A stretch of DNA of 64,000 nucleotides. It comes from Octopus sinensis (taxonomy: Eukaryota). How positions within the stretch are numbered: position 1 is the first letter of the stretch; each line of letters opens with the position of its first letter. The notes below the pieces were generated by a model that was not told the DNA's origin, made no database searches, and was given only the letters and a program-made list of their open reading frames with translations. Position numbers and translations under genes: made by a program. The stretch spans positions 143,220,001-143,284,000 of the forward strand of contig NC_043000.1 of assembly GCF_006345805.1 (NCBI RefSeq). The letters run 5' to 3'. This document shows positions 25,004 to 37,849 of the stretch, piece by piece.

Positions 25004-26044
25004 TGTACACATATATGCATACATTTGCGCAAACATACGTATAATTTTAATCAACAAAGGGAACAGTCAATATATTGAATATTGGTAAGTACCCGTGTCA
25101 GCTCACATTACTGGTAGTTCCAACGCCACTTAATGCACCACAAGGTAGCTAAAATGATTTTCACCAGACTCATCTCTGCTTCATTTGATATATCAATTAC
25201 CTTGGTTACAAATGAAATATCTCATACACCACTTCTGTTACGAATATTCTGAGGAGATTCTAAATATGATGCATGGTAGGTTAATTGTAGATGAGACCAA
25301 ATAAAAATTCTGTCTTTTGATACTTGAATTGTTGAAATAAATATTTTTGAAACTACAGATAAATGTCGATGATGTGTAATCTTTATTATAGTGTTTTATA
25401 GTAAAGATTCATCGCAAAAAAAAAACAACAAAAAGAACGGGAAATAATGGTAACAGCGAAAAAGGATATCAAAGACGGATCAAAGAAAAATTAGATGATC
25501 AAAGGAAAGGAATAAATAAACATCTTTCGCTATAATTATTAAATGGAAGTTCTGAAGCTCTCCACACTATGCCCAGACCGGCTGAATATATAGTCTCATT
25601 TAAGGTAATCGCAAGTAGTTTCTTAAAATAATGTTAGACTTAAAAAGGAAAGTTGTGTGAATTCCTGTTAAATTCTATTTCTGAAGGTTCTTAGGATGCA
25701 TGTTGTTCAAATTACAAAAAAGTTGGAGTTTTGAGCTCCAGAGCAGAGTTATCTCAGGTGCTACACTAAACTCTGCCGTTCACTGTCCTAAATGGTGTCC
25801 CCACTTTTTTGCATTTGTGTTGCATAACATTCTTGATGTATCAAGTTCTGCAAAAGGTAGACAACCTTAAATTGTAATGATGACATACGTATCTGTATCC
25901 ATGCAAATATATTTCCATATAATGTTTTGCATAATACTATTTATAATAATTATGTACACTTAACCGTATTTACTAAAACAGTTCTATCTCAGATAATACA
26001 AATCTGTCGATATCTCTTACGTGATAGCACGTACGTTTTTCAGT

Positions 26045-26392
26045 GCGATTAAATCATAAGCAGTTGTCCGTAAATGTCATGACAGTATTATCTACAGAGG
26101 AGACATGACGTTGTAGCTAGGACACTCTATAATGAAATCTGTCCGAAGGATAATCCCGAGGACAAAGAAATAAAATCCCACAATATGGTAGACGTCATAG
26201 CCACTCATAATGAATAGAAATACTGGTGGAATGTACCAGTGAAGGCCTCGATAAAATGTAAGCACAACAGACCTGATATAAGGATTTGGGATAGAGAAGA
26301 GATATTGTGCACGGTTGTGGAAATTAGCTGCCCAGCGGATGTTAACACAAAGCTGAAGATTGGTGAAAAAGGGAGCACCTATGCTGAAATAT
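26045..26392 (+). pseudogene. R4/Dong-type non-LTR retrotransposon zinc knuckle plus REL endonuclease remnant
   Basis: IISSCP*MS*QYYLQRRHDVVARTLY...WWNVPVKASIKCKHNRPDIRIWDREEILCTVVEISCPADVNTKLKIGEKGSTYAE: RHD, PD..E/D..K motifs. Confidence 0.88.
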
Positions 26393-26393
26393 G

Positions 26394-26426
<33 letters not shown>

Positions 26427-26428
26427 AT

Positions 26429-26604
26429 CGCGGCTGTGTGGTAAGATGCTTGCTTCCCAACTACATGGTTCCAGTTTGAGTTCCGCAGCGTGGCACCTTG
26501 GGTAAGTGTTCTCTGCTATAGCCTCAGGCCTACCAAAGCCTTGTGAGGGGATTTGGTAAACGGAAACTGGAAGAATCCCTTCGTCTCTCTCTCTCTCTCT
26601 CTCA

Positions 26605-26674
<70 letters not shown>

Positions 26675-26890
26675 ATATTGTATATATGTATTTGTGTGTC
26701 TGTGTTTGTCCTCCCACCATCGCTTGATAGTCGATGTTGGTGTGTTTACGTCTCGGTAACTTAGCGGTTCGGCAAGAAGTAGCGTTAGACTAATTACTAG
26801 GCTTACAAAGTATAAGTCCTGGGGTCGATATGTTTGACTAAATGCGGTTCTCCAGCACAGCCACAGTCAAACGACTGAAACAAGTAAAGA
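26429..26890 (+). mobile_element. SINE family B, diverged
   Basis: Full-length match with CT/TA internal microsatellite. Confidence 0.85.
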
Positions 26891-26996
26891 AAATAGGGAA
26901 AAGAATAAAAGAATATATAGATTAATAAAGATTAAGAGAACAGATATTTACATATCCAGGTTATTTTATACAGATAATCACATCTTTCCATGTCAG

Positions 26997-27094
26997 TACC
27001 TACACGTGTTTCCGCTGCAACACAGTGTATACGGCAAATTAAGCGTCTTGATGTGAATTTGTGGGTTAATTACTGGTGCTGCTTCAACAGGTTA
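26997..27094 (-). ncRNA. Degenerate hammerhead-like motif with expanded stem II
   Basis: TAAC CTGTTGA AGCAGCAC...GTGTTGCAGCG GAAA CACGTG TA GGTA; palindromic stem III ACACGTGT; (TA)n adjacent. Confidence 0.55.
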
Positions 27095-27145
27095 AAAATC
27101 AACCATATATATATATAATATATACACACACATATAAATAAATAA

Positions 27146-27184
<39 letters not shown>

Positions 27185-27195
27185 TATATTCTATC

Positions 27196-27229
<34 letters not shown>

Positions 27230-27360
27230 ACATATATATATCACCGTCACCGTGACCGACCAGGCTATCAGATGTTGCTACACATCGCCTTCAAATAACG
27301 CTGGCTAAGCGAGCAGGCCAACAGAAGAGAGAATGAGAGAAATTGTGGCGAAAGAGTACA

Positions 27361-27398
<38 letters not shown>

Positions 27399-27400
<2 letters not shown>

Positions 27401-27922
27401 ACATTGAGGGGTAAAATTAATTAGATTAATCAATTCACCAAGTATTCAGTATGTAAAAGGACCATTTAAGCGAATTCAAATATTACATTAATATAAAAGG
27501 GCTTAGTAAAAAAATTACTTGCCACATGCTGAACTCATTAGAAATAGCAGCCAAAAAAGTTTTTTAGCTATTTCTAATACTTAAAGAAAATTTCTCTCAG
27601 ATAGTGCTTACTCAGAATAACCCACGAAGGTATGGGGGTAAAAGGTATGTTTCCAAATCCAAATAAGAAATTTTGGGCTGACGAAAGAATGTCGAATTTT
27701 ATTTGGCTGATCCAGAAACGTAACGTTCTCAAATAATCTTTGCACTTGTGATTTTTTAATGTTTTTTACCCCCATACCTCGTGGGTATTCTGAGTAAGCA
27801 CTATCTGAGAGAAATTTTCTTTTTTAAGTATTAGAAATAGCTAAAAAAACATTTTTGGCTGCTATTCTAAGAGTTCAGTAGTGGCAAAGTAATTTATTTT
27901 ACTAAGCCCTTTTATAATTAAT
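27399..27922. mobile_element. Foldback PLE-like element in (TA)n with an HHR in the spacer
   Basis: ~155-bp inverted arms 27487-27643 and 27764-27922; (TA)n on both sides. Confidence 0.75.
27672..27733 (+). ncRNA. Type I hammerhead-like motif with intact core
   Basis: TTTGGG CTGACGA AAGAATGTCGAAT-TTT-ATTTGGCTGATCCA GAAA CG-TAA-CG TT CTCAAA; base of stem II partly decayed. Confidence 0.65.
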
Positions 27923-27928
27923 ATATAT

Positions 27929-27973
<45 letters not shown>

Positions 27974-28032
27974 TATATATATAAGTATATACTTAAATAA
28001 ACAAATATATATATATATATATAATATAATAT

Positions 28033-28066
<34 letters not shown>

Positions 28067-28344
28067 CGTATATCGCCGTGCCTTAGTAACCCAGGATTAC
28101 TTTGTATGTTTAAATGGTTGGGTGTGAATTAACGAAGATTTTGCTGATATTTCTATCTGGTCATGAATGATTTTATAATAGTTCTACTCGCTCGAGTATG
28201 ACATTGATATAAGCAAAAGAAACGATCAATTATTAGCTACAGACGGTTGAACAGCAAATTAAAGGAAACATATACACATAGATTTTTTTATTGGAACCAG
28301 ACATAATACTAAATTTCATTGTTAGGATATCTCGCTTGTGTGTC

Positions 28345-28408
<64 letters not shown>

Positions 28409-29670
28409 TGTGTGTGTGTGTATGTGTGTGTAGGTGTGTGCCTGCGTGTCTGAGTGCGCGTACGGTAGTATTTTCATGAGTATATAGACGCATGACGCCT
28501 AGGTGAGTGTGAGTGTTTGTGTTTGTGTGTATGTGTGAGTGTGTGTGTGTTTGTATGTATGTATATATATATGTATGTACGCATACATGCAAGTAGAACT
28601 TTGATCACTTGTATTTTGTGTGTCGTTCTTGTCTTTCAGCAACATTGTGCCGCGGCAGAAAATCCGCACAGACCAAAAATATTTAATTAAGAATAAGATG
28701 TATACCTGCTGTATTCTACATACATACTATATGTTATAGTTCACACCTACGCACACGTGCATGCATATGTACACACGTAAAACAATTGCCCAAGGTGCTG
28801 CTATGTGGGACCAAATCCGGAACCGTGATGAAGCGAGTGGTTTCCAGTGTGAGAGAGTATGAGGCAGAGTAAAAGAGTAAGAGAGTGAAGGAATGACAGA
28901 AAATGTCAACTGGAAATCTGTTGCTGTTTAGCTCCGAGCATTATATGATATATACATAATGCAGAACAGACAGCCGTCACTTACAAGCGAGTATAGCTGT
29001 AGGTGCCTCTGTAGACTCGAGCCGACAGACACCCTCTCGGCTCCCTCACCCTTAACACAGCGGCAGAGTTGCAGAAAGAAGAAAAGAGAACTGCATTAGC
29101 ACATGAATGGCATTCATTTCCAGACGGGAGCAATAAGACGTGAGATGCCTCGCTCAAGGACAGAATGCACCTTGTTCCAAGAAAAAAGTCCAAGACCCAA
29201 TGATCTTAAGCTGTATACCCTTGCCACAAGGTCATGAGACTTCACAGGACCCGCAAGCACACACCCATGTACAGACGCGCGCGCATATATGAAAATTTGT
29301 TTGTACGTATTCCTATAGGAAGAAGCGTGAGAAAGAGAGACGAATGAGCTTGGAAGAAACAGAATTCTATTGTGTTAGTGTTGGTACTGCTATATAACTT
29401 CTGTCCACTTCTGATAGGGCAATAACATTCCAGCTAAGACTACTGCATTTTTTTTGTTTTTTTGTTTGTATTTCTTGAATTATATTTTCCAGAGTGCTCT
29501 TCGTCTTTTGCTAGAGTAGGATGTGATTTGATGTAGATTTGGTTGTTACTTTTAGCAAAACAAACGATGACGTAACGAGCCCTCAGTGGTTCAGGAAAAA
29601 GTAAACGATAAGTTGATATATCAGAGATTAAGTTTGATAAAATGGATTTCACTTGTGACTATGGTATGTA

Positions 29671-29709
<39 letters not shown>

Positions 29710-30646
29710 TTGTGTGTGTGTGTGTATGTAAGGGCATATTTGCATATGATACAGTGTTACCGTGGATTCGAACCTAGAACAGTGGCAAAGCGACCTATTT
29801 TGATGTGTGATAATTTGTTTCACGCACATTAAAATCAAAATTTGTTTAAAGTAACGTTATATTTAGAGGAGACTAAAATGTGATTTGAGGTCAATTTAGC
29901 AGTTATTTCTTGTACATCGAGTGACATTGGCTTGCTCAGGAATGAATAAGTCTTTTTTTTTTCTCTGGCATCCTTGATCAATTATCTTCAAGAAAACTGA
30001 AACCAGCTATTAACATGTACCACAAATACATACATACACATACATACACACAGAGACAAACATACATACACATGCTTAAATATATAGATACATACGTACA
30101 TACATCCACATATACATATGTATTATAGTGTGTGTAAGTGTGTGATAGTGTGTGTGTGTATGCGTACGTGAGTAAGTGTTTCTGTGTGTGCATGTGCAGG
30201 TATGCAAACTGCTATGTGGTTATAAATACATACACACACTGTGACACATACAAATACTAATCTAGAATAATTCTTCTGCGGATACATATGGAAAATTCAA
30301 TAAAACAAAGTATCAACTATCAACACAAATGTGAATTGAAAACGGTAAACTAACAAGAAACTGGTGGAAACGTTAGAAGAACAACAATTGAAAATGAAAA
30401 TATAAAAGAACAACAGCAAACAGAGACATTCAATAATCAACTGAACAAACAACATAAATTCTATTAGCAAGATAATAGTTTCGAAAATGTAATTAACTGT
30501 AAAAAACTAAACTGGTTAATTTATGTATATAAATTACGCGCATGTGGCTACGTAAGACATATGTATACACGAATACAAAAACGAGAAAGAAAATTCGCAA
30601 ACACTCGCATATGAAAACATATTGTATATATATATGTGTGTGTATG

Positions 30647-30714
<68 letters not shown>

Positions 30715-30730
30715 ATATTATATATATATA

Positions 30731-30783
<53 letters not shown>

Positions 30784-31357
30784 CACATATATACTCATAT
30801 ATATGTTTGCATATATATGAGTATATAAATTGCATGTGTGTGTGCGTGTGTGTCTGTGTGCCTGAGTGTGTCTGTGTCAGGGTATATATATATATATATA
30901 TACTTATACACAGACACACACTCACATAAACAAACACACACACATACATTCAATGTACATACTCATATATATGTAAACATATACATGCATGCAAATACAT
31001 ACGTTAACGTCCTTGTATACATACCTTGGCATATATATATATGTGATTGTGTGTGTGTATACACAAAACAGCACCCACGCACTCAAATATATATAAAAAT
31101 ATGCATACACAAACAAATATAAATATGTCGGTAGACACTATGTCCTTATAAAGACATTTGGATTTACCTATTGTAGTAAATTCAACTAATTGGAGTTCAT
31201 CTATATTTACTGAGGTTAGTTAATACTGTTAACCAATAAGAGCGAGCACGGTAACACTAGGATTATATATCCCTCTAAAGACATTCTAGAAATTTGTTTT
31301 ATGTGTGTGCGTGCGAGCGTGTGTGTGTGTGTGTGTGTATAATAAAGAAATAAATGC

Positions 31358-31601
31358 GCCCTTTTAAAGCCTAGCCAGGCTCATGTGCCCGGTTTCCCAG
31401 TTTCTATGGTGTATGTGTTCCCCAACTGGACAGGGCGCCAGTCCATCACAGCGTTACTCATTTTTGCCAGCTGAGTAGACTGGAGCAACGTGAAGTGAAG
31501 TGTTTTGTTCAAGAATACAACGCCTCGCCCGGTCCAGGAATCGAAACGACAATCTTACGACCATCACGCTGACACTCGAACCACTAGGCCACGCGCCTCC
31601 A
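31358..31601 (-). mobile_element. tRNA-derived CORE-type SINE related to family C
   Basis: Head GGCGCGTGGCCTAGTGGTT...GTTTCGATTCC; shares CACGTTGCTCCAGT..ACTCAGCTG with 4064-4403 but has a different tail. Confidence 0.82.
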
Positions 31602-31991
31602 CGTTTGTATATACATAATTATAAATATAGTTTACGAACACAAATACTCTCATATAGAGACACTCAAGATATTTTATACGTCGTCACTGATGTTCTCGAA
31701 GGTCACTGGGAGTTTAGGATCATTCAGCAATTAGTTATCCTCACCCAAATGACACCGCCTATGATTAACTCCCAGCTTGCATGCAGTTAGCACTACACTA
31801 TGTTCTACCACACCTATTCAAAACCAACCGTATTGAAGAACCCGTTTGCAGAACTTGTCCCTATGCAAAACTGCCATCATGCTGAAGGCTCTACAAAGCA
31901 TTGGCCAGCAAAAGCATGGCATTCTGTCCTAATGGAATCATACCGGTGACTAGCATGCGTAATAAAGTCAATAGACAACATATTTTCATAC

Positions 31992-32319
31992 ATAATAGTA
32001 TACAAACCATTAACTATTTATACACGAACTAGGTGACCTTTGACAGGACACCTTACATGCTAGAAAGAGCAGTCAAAATTCAGACCACTAATAAAAGCAA
32101 TTTGAAAGGAATGAAAATAAAAATATTTTTATAGTTCACCTCAAACTCGACTTTCTGTATTAATGAGCAAATAAATTAATAGTTTTTGTTTACTTTCATT
32201 CCCTTTGAAATTGCTTTTATTCGTGGTTTGGATTTTGACTGCCCTTTCTAGCATGTAAGTTGTCCTGTCAAAGGTCACCTCTTTCGTGTATAAATACGTA
32301 ATGGTATGTACACTATTAT
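31992..32319. mobile_element. Foldback/MITE-like element
   Basis: ~125-bp inverted arms (AGGTGACCTTTGACAGGACA..TTACATGCTAGAAAG vs CTTTCTAGCATGTAA..TGTCCTGTCAAAGGTCACCT), ~75-bp spacer, abuts (TA)n. Confidence 0.75.
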
Positions 32320-32347
32320 ATATTATATATATATATATAAATATATA

Positions 32348-32419
<72 letters not shown>

Positions 32420-32423
<4 letters not shown>

Positions 32424-32672
32424 ATAATAATAATAAATATTAGGGAATAAATCCAATTTACAGGGAAAAATCAGATTTAGGATTGAATACAATTTTATAG
32501 TAAAATATTATATAATATTAATTAGAGACAAAACCACTATTATGCAAATCAAACAAAGAAACACTTAATCCAATACATAAAAAAAATTATATAAATTAAA
32601 TAAAATTAAATTAGCCACTATTATTGTTTCGTGTCTCTTCTAAGGACATTCATCAGGTGGTTTTCAGATCTT
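32420..32672 (-). mobile_element. PLE-like terminus with HHR at 32615-32660
   Basis: CCAC CTGATGA ATGTC-CTTAGAAGA-GACAC GAAA CAATAA TA GTGG; same family as 53245-53460 and 56790-56945. Confidence 0.75.
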
Positions 32673-33293
32673 CTATTCAATTTTAAGTTATGAAGTATAT
32701 ATATATACAAACTGATATATACATACGCATTTATATATATCCGTTTGTCTCCGTTCCATATGATTTATTAAAATTTTATGCAACACCTACAAGCCTTTTG
32801 AGTGCCACTTTCTTCCTACCAACTCATCAGTCTCTATGCTGTCGGAAAATGATGTAGGCGGAATTGGTTGAAACAGCTTCTATAAAGCTTGTGCAACAAG
32901 CGGAGTCAAATAAAAGGCCTATGGTTCTCAGCCTTCTCAGTAATCTCACATTTGTCTGCAAGATTCATCATCAAGGAGAGAGAAAGAGAGAGACAGAAAG
33001 ACAGAGAAAGAGAGAGAGACAAAGAAAAAGAAAAGAAGAGAGGGAATAACGCCTGTTTACATATATACATATATATGTATTAATCCACAAACATAATTGC
33101 ATACACATACATAAACATCTCCCTCTATCTCTTCCTGTCTGTCTGTCTCTCCCCTTTCTCTCTAAATATATTTATATATATATATCTACATACATATATA
33201 TGTATATATATATATTTATATATATATATGTACAGTATGTATACATATATATGTATATATACATATATATATGTATATATGTATATGTACATG

Positions 33294-33361
<68 letters not shown>

Positions 33362-33522
33362 ATATATATACATATATACATATGTATATATAAAAGTTAT
33401 TGGTATCTAGTTGATCCAAAGAGTGTATGTAACGCTAAGTAAGTGCTATGGTCAGACCATAGTTAAACTGTTGGTTCGATAGTGATACGAGTGGGGAGTT
33501 TAATGTGGGTTTTGTATTAGCA

Positions 33523-33559
<37 letters not shown>

Positions 33560-33562
<3 letters not shown>

Positions 33563-33825
33563 ACAAATGAGATAAAAAAGCTGAGGCTGTGAGGAGTTTT
33601 CAAAACATTTATAAGGAAAGATATATAGATATAGTTTTACAGCTGTTTCTGGGATATTTTGGATATCATTTCATCTGAGACGATGTGAGATGGTTAAATA
33701 CAGGTAAATGTTTGAATTCAAAATAAGGAATTATTGTGAAATAGGAGAGATAGGGAATACACACACACACACATTATTGTGAAATAGGAGAGATAGGGAA
33801 CACACACACACACACACACACACAT

Positions 33826-33880
<55 letters not shown>

Positions 33881-34085
33881 TAGTTTGCGTAATAAGAAAA
33901 AAAGAGCATTTATAGCTAGAAGATCTTACAGCTGTTTCTAGGACATTTATTAATAATATCCCTTCATCGGAGACGGTGTGAGAGGATAGTTAAGTCATAG
34001 TTAGTTTAGACGTGATACAAAATAGAGAGTGAGGTGGAGGAAAGAAAATAGATGCAAGACATGTATGGGCATTGAAGTTGTAAAT
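33560..34085 (-). mobile_element. Two tandem PLE-like termini of the 13567 family, each with an HHR-like motif (33634-33681, 33923-33974)
   Basis: GTCT CAGATGA...GAAA CAGCTG TA AAAC and GTCT CCGATGA AGGGATATT...AATGTCCTA GAAA CAGCTG TA AGAT. Confidence 0.72.
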
Positions 34086-34136
34086 CCGTTTTGTATATAT
34101 ATATATATGCATGTAAGTATTATGCATGCATGTATG

Positions 34137-34170
<34 letters not shown>

Positions 34171-34234
34171 TGTATTCAGCTGTGTTTAAATGCAATAAAG
34201 AAAGAGGTCTGAATATGTGTCGAGAATAAGCCAC

Positions 34235-34442
34235 CGAGCTGGGAGAATGATTGGGACGACTGCGAAAGTACGTAGCGGCATTTCGTCTCTCTCTTTACGT
34301 TCCAAGTCCAAATCTCGTCCGTGGTCGACTTTGCCTTTCATCATTTCGGGTTAGATAAAATAAGGAGCAGCTGAGCACTGGCATCAATGTAATCGATTTA
34401 TTTCCTTTCGCAAAATTACTGGTCTTGTGCCAAAAAGTGGAA
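34235..34442 (+). mobile_element. SINE family A, diverged
   Basis: GTCGACTTTGCCTTTCATCATTTCGGGTTAGATAAAA core. Confidence 0.7.
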
Positions 34443-35057
34443 GCTAATCTGCATTGAGAATATTATATTTAGATAAAGCTGATGACGAAATTTAACGAGG
34501 CTGAAATTACGAGATATCAGCTTCTAGATTTGTATGTTCTCTCAAAGAAAATAATATTGTTTTAGGACAAATAGAAAGCTGTTGGAAGTTATTTATTGTA
34601 TTACAAAATGGATCCCATAATTTTAATGTTTCATTGCTAAACTGTCTTTGCTGAAGTTAATTCACAAGACAGGTAAGAAATCTTTGAAATAATTACATCC
34701 ATAACAAATTTTTCGTTAAACCTTTCTTTTTACTGAATGTGTAATCCGGTGAAGAACCGACATAGAGAGTTAGAAATAAATAAGTGTAATGGATTATATA
34801 CAACTGACGGATGGTATAAACATTGACATAATGTGAGTCATTTCGTGTCATGAGTATTTTCGTCGACGCATTAAGCCATTGGCAAAAGCTGTAAATAGCC
34901 AGTCAGTCATTGACCGCCAGGTAAACATCTTCTCGTACATTGACTCCATTCCATCGTGAAATTAACGATTCCTTTTGAACTTTGCTATTGGATGAAATTC
35001 ATTGGTGGGAGCTGAAATAATGTCCCATGAATCGAAGACACTAGTTGTTTATTTGAT

Positions 35058-35108
<51 letters not shown>

Positions 35109-36377
35109 TGAAAGTGAAAGTAAATCAGCGGCCAATGCTTCATGTGGAGACTTGCTAGAATATAACGTGTAACATACAATTTAACTTTGTGCTTCAAAAT
35201 CTTATTTTCTTTTGGAGAATTATTGTCGTTTAGGAAGATTGAATATTTTAATTTTCAGGTGCAGCTACGTTTCCTATGCTGCTAATTCACATGGAAAGGT
35301 ATGGAGGCCACTAACTTTCATCTCATTTCTACATATGCGAAGTTACATTCACCACCATCACCATCACCACTACCAACATTATCACCAATGCTGTCATCAT
35401 TCGCTATTGTAATCTTGCACCACCAACGCCACCAATAACGATATCATAATTATCTACCGCTACTACTACTACTACTACTATTACTGCTGCTGCTGCTGCT
35501 GCTTAGTAATATCCATTTTGCCCGGCAGAAATTACACGCTGAAATTCATTTCTCCAATTCAAGTTTCAGCAATGCTGCAAATTTAACTCGCATCTCTCAT
35601 ATCGATTTCTCTATTGGGGTCATTGGATAGCTAAATTTTCCTTCTTCAAAATTGAATTATCCAGAAATATAGTTAATCAGTTGAAGTTAAAACCTATAAG
35701 TCATTTATTCTCGTTGCAAACAGAATATTATATATTCTTCGTTTGCAAATAGACGAAACTACGTGACTTTAATATGACGCTAAATCTTAATTTCATTTCT
35801 CCACTCATTTCGTTTTGCTTATTTTCTTATTAGTATTGATACTGCTACTGCCATCATCATCCTCATCCTCCACATCATCATCATCAGCATTTCGCACTAT
35901 TATTTGTGAAGTTTGTTATTATTACTATTATTATCATCACAACGATTATTCTTATTCTTAGCGTCATTATTATTAATGTTTTTTTTTCTGTTTGTTGGTC
36001 GTTGATATATGTTTATTTTGCACTGTTGTCTCTTAGATAATAATAGCTATCGTTATTAATTATTTGTAAAGGGCCGAGGTCAGAGTTTTGTTTTGTTTTT
36101 TCTCCAGCGCAAAGTAGAAGGTGACTACTGGAAAGCAATATCCTGGCCTCGATTATATTTTACGAAAATATGAGTAAAACTTACTAGTTTGTCCTGGGAG
36201 AATGGTTCAACCTACCGCTTCTATTCTGAAGAGGAAACAAACAGCTGTACGCTCTTTCTCTGTATCCTAAATGCACCCCGAGTGGCTGTCCGTGCTAGAA
36301 GCTGGTTGGTAATTTATTTGTTTACTTTATATCTGTTGTTGTTGTTTTCATTCAGTTCTATATTTAAGAGATGATGA

Positions 36378-36653
36378 ATAATGTACATTATTTACATTAT
36401 TTACATTCGACAGATATTTGTCCTCATCTTGTTTGTTGTTAACACAACATTTCAACTGATATACCCTCCAGCTTTCTTCGGTTGTCTTGGGGAAATCTCG
36501 AACCTCGGTTCTCATTCGTAAGGTATTTTTCGATATTATTATTATTGTGATTGTTATTGTTGTTGTTGTTGTTGTTGTTGTTCAGGTCACTGCTTGGAAT
36601 CGAACTCGGAATCTTGGGGTTAGAAGCCCGCGCTCTTAACCACTGCGCCTACA
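36378..36653 (-). mobile_element. tRNA-headed SINE (family E) with internal (AAC/AAT)n, an HHR-like motif and an (AATAATGTA)n tail
   Basis: Head GGCGCAGTGGTTAAGAGCGCGGGCTTCTAACCCC...GAGTTCGATTCC (tRNA-Arg(TCT)-like, A and B boxes); HHR-like GACAA CCGAAGA A AGCTGG-AGGGTATA-TCAGTT GAAA TG TT GTGTT at 36441-36486. Confidence 0.75.
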
Positions 36654-36861
36654 GGCATATGGCGTAGTGGTTAACCCCAAGATTCCGAGTTCGATTCCAG
36701 GCAATGACCTCAACAATAACAACAACAACAACAACAATAATAATAATAATAATAACATCGAAAAAGGCTGGAGGGTATATCAGCTGAAACGTTGTGCTAA
36801 CAACAAACAAGATGAAACAAATATCCGTCGAATGTAAATAATGTAAATAGTGTAAATAATG
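36654..36861 (+). mobile_element. Inverted, internally deleted second copy of SINE family E
   Basis: Reverse complement of 36378-36653 with two deletions; retains GGCTGG-AGGGTATA-TCAGCT GAAA CG TT GTGCT at 36766-36798. Confidence 0.78.
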
Positions 36862-37587
36862 TTGTTTTTATTGTTTATTTTTCTAATGGAAATCCTGGTA
36901 AACCAAGTCTGTCAGTAAAGACAGTTCAGCAGTGACCACCCCATATTTCTAAGGATATCTAGGATTACATTAACCAAATATACCCTTTTCTTTTTTTTAA
37001 GGTGCCAGTGTATGATAAGATGGAAATGTTGTTACTATTTCAAGTAAATTGAGCAACCAGAAAGTAATTCCTTGTTGGCAACATTTTAATAATTTTGTTT
37101 GTGTACAGCGGTCAATAATTATTTGTTTATGTTTATGGGTATGAGTGTTGGTTGTTTTGTTTGTTTGTTTATTTGTTTGTTTGTTTTGTATATGTGTGTA
37201 TTGTGTGTGTGTGTATGTGTGTGTAATGTGTGTTTGAATTGTGCGTCTGTGTGCGCAGTTGTGTTCATGTATGTGTGAGCGTGTATGGTGAGAGAGAGAG
37301 AGAGAGAGAGAGAAAGAAAGATGGAGAGAAAGGAAGAGAAAGCGAGGGAGAGAGTGATAGAGGGAGATAGCGAAGGAAAGAGAGACGAAGTGAAAGAGAG
37401 AGGAGAGAGAAAAAGAGAGAGGGAGAGAGATTGTGTGTGTGTGTGTGTGTGTGCATTTACCTTTCATTGGATTATTTTCAGCACCAAGCTTTAATTCACC
37501 GTCCTTTTAAGAACTTTCTGATATCAATATCGTTATATAGCCTAACATCTATAGTAACGTTCCCAACCATTTCACAGTGTTTCCTAA

Positions 37588-37750
37588 CAGTGGTTCACAA
37601 CCCTTTTATTCAAATGGGTTTTCCCACGGACTACTTTTAATATGCTCATTGTTATGCATATATCATATCTGTATGAAATTTTGAATTTAATTCACGGAAC
37701 CCCAGTACTACCTTTGCAGACCACCAGGGGTCCACGGAACTCAGGTTGGA
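37588..37750. mobile_element. hAT-like MITE remnant
   Basis: Starts CAGTGGTTCACAACC; ends ...GGGGTCCACGGAACTCAGGTTGGAAAG, typical of Charlie/Ac-like non-autonomous ends. Confidence 0.55.
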
Positions 37751-37849
37751 AAGTTCTAGTTAAATGTTTTAAGTAACTTATTTACCTGCCACAAAAATAT
37801 GTTCAAATTCCTCTATAGTTTACCTTTTATAAAATTACGAGCAAAACGC

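Noticed and set aside
34476-34530. CTGATGA...GAAA at about 34479-34505
   Set aside because: No convincing stem I, II or III pairing; likely chance.
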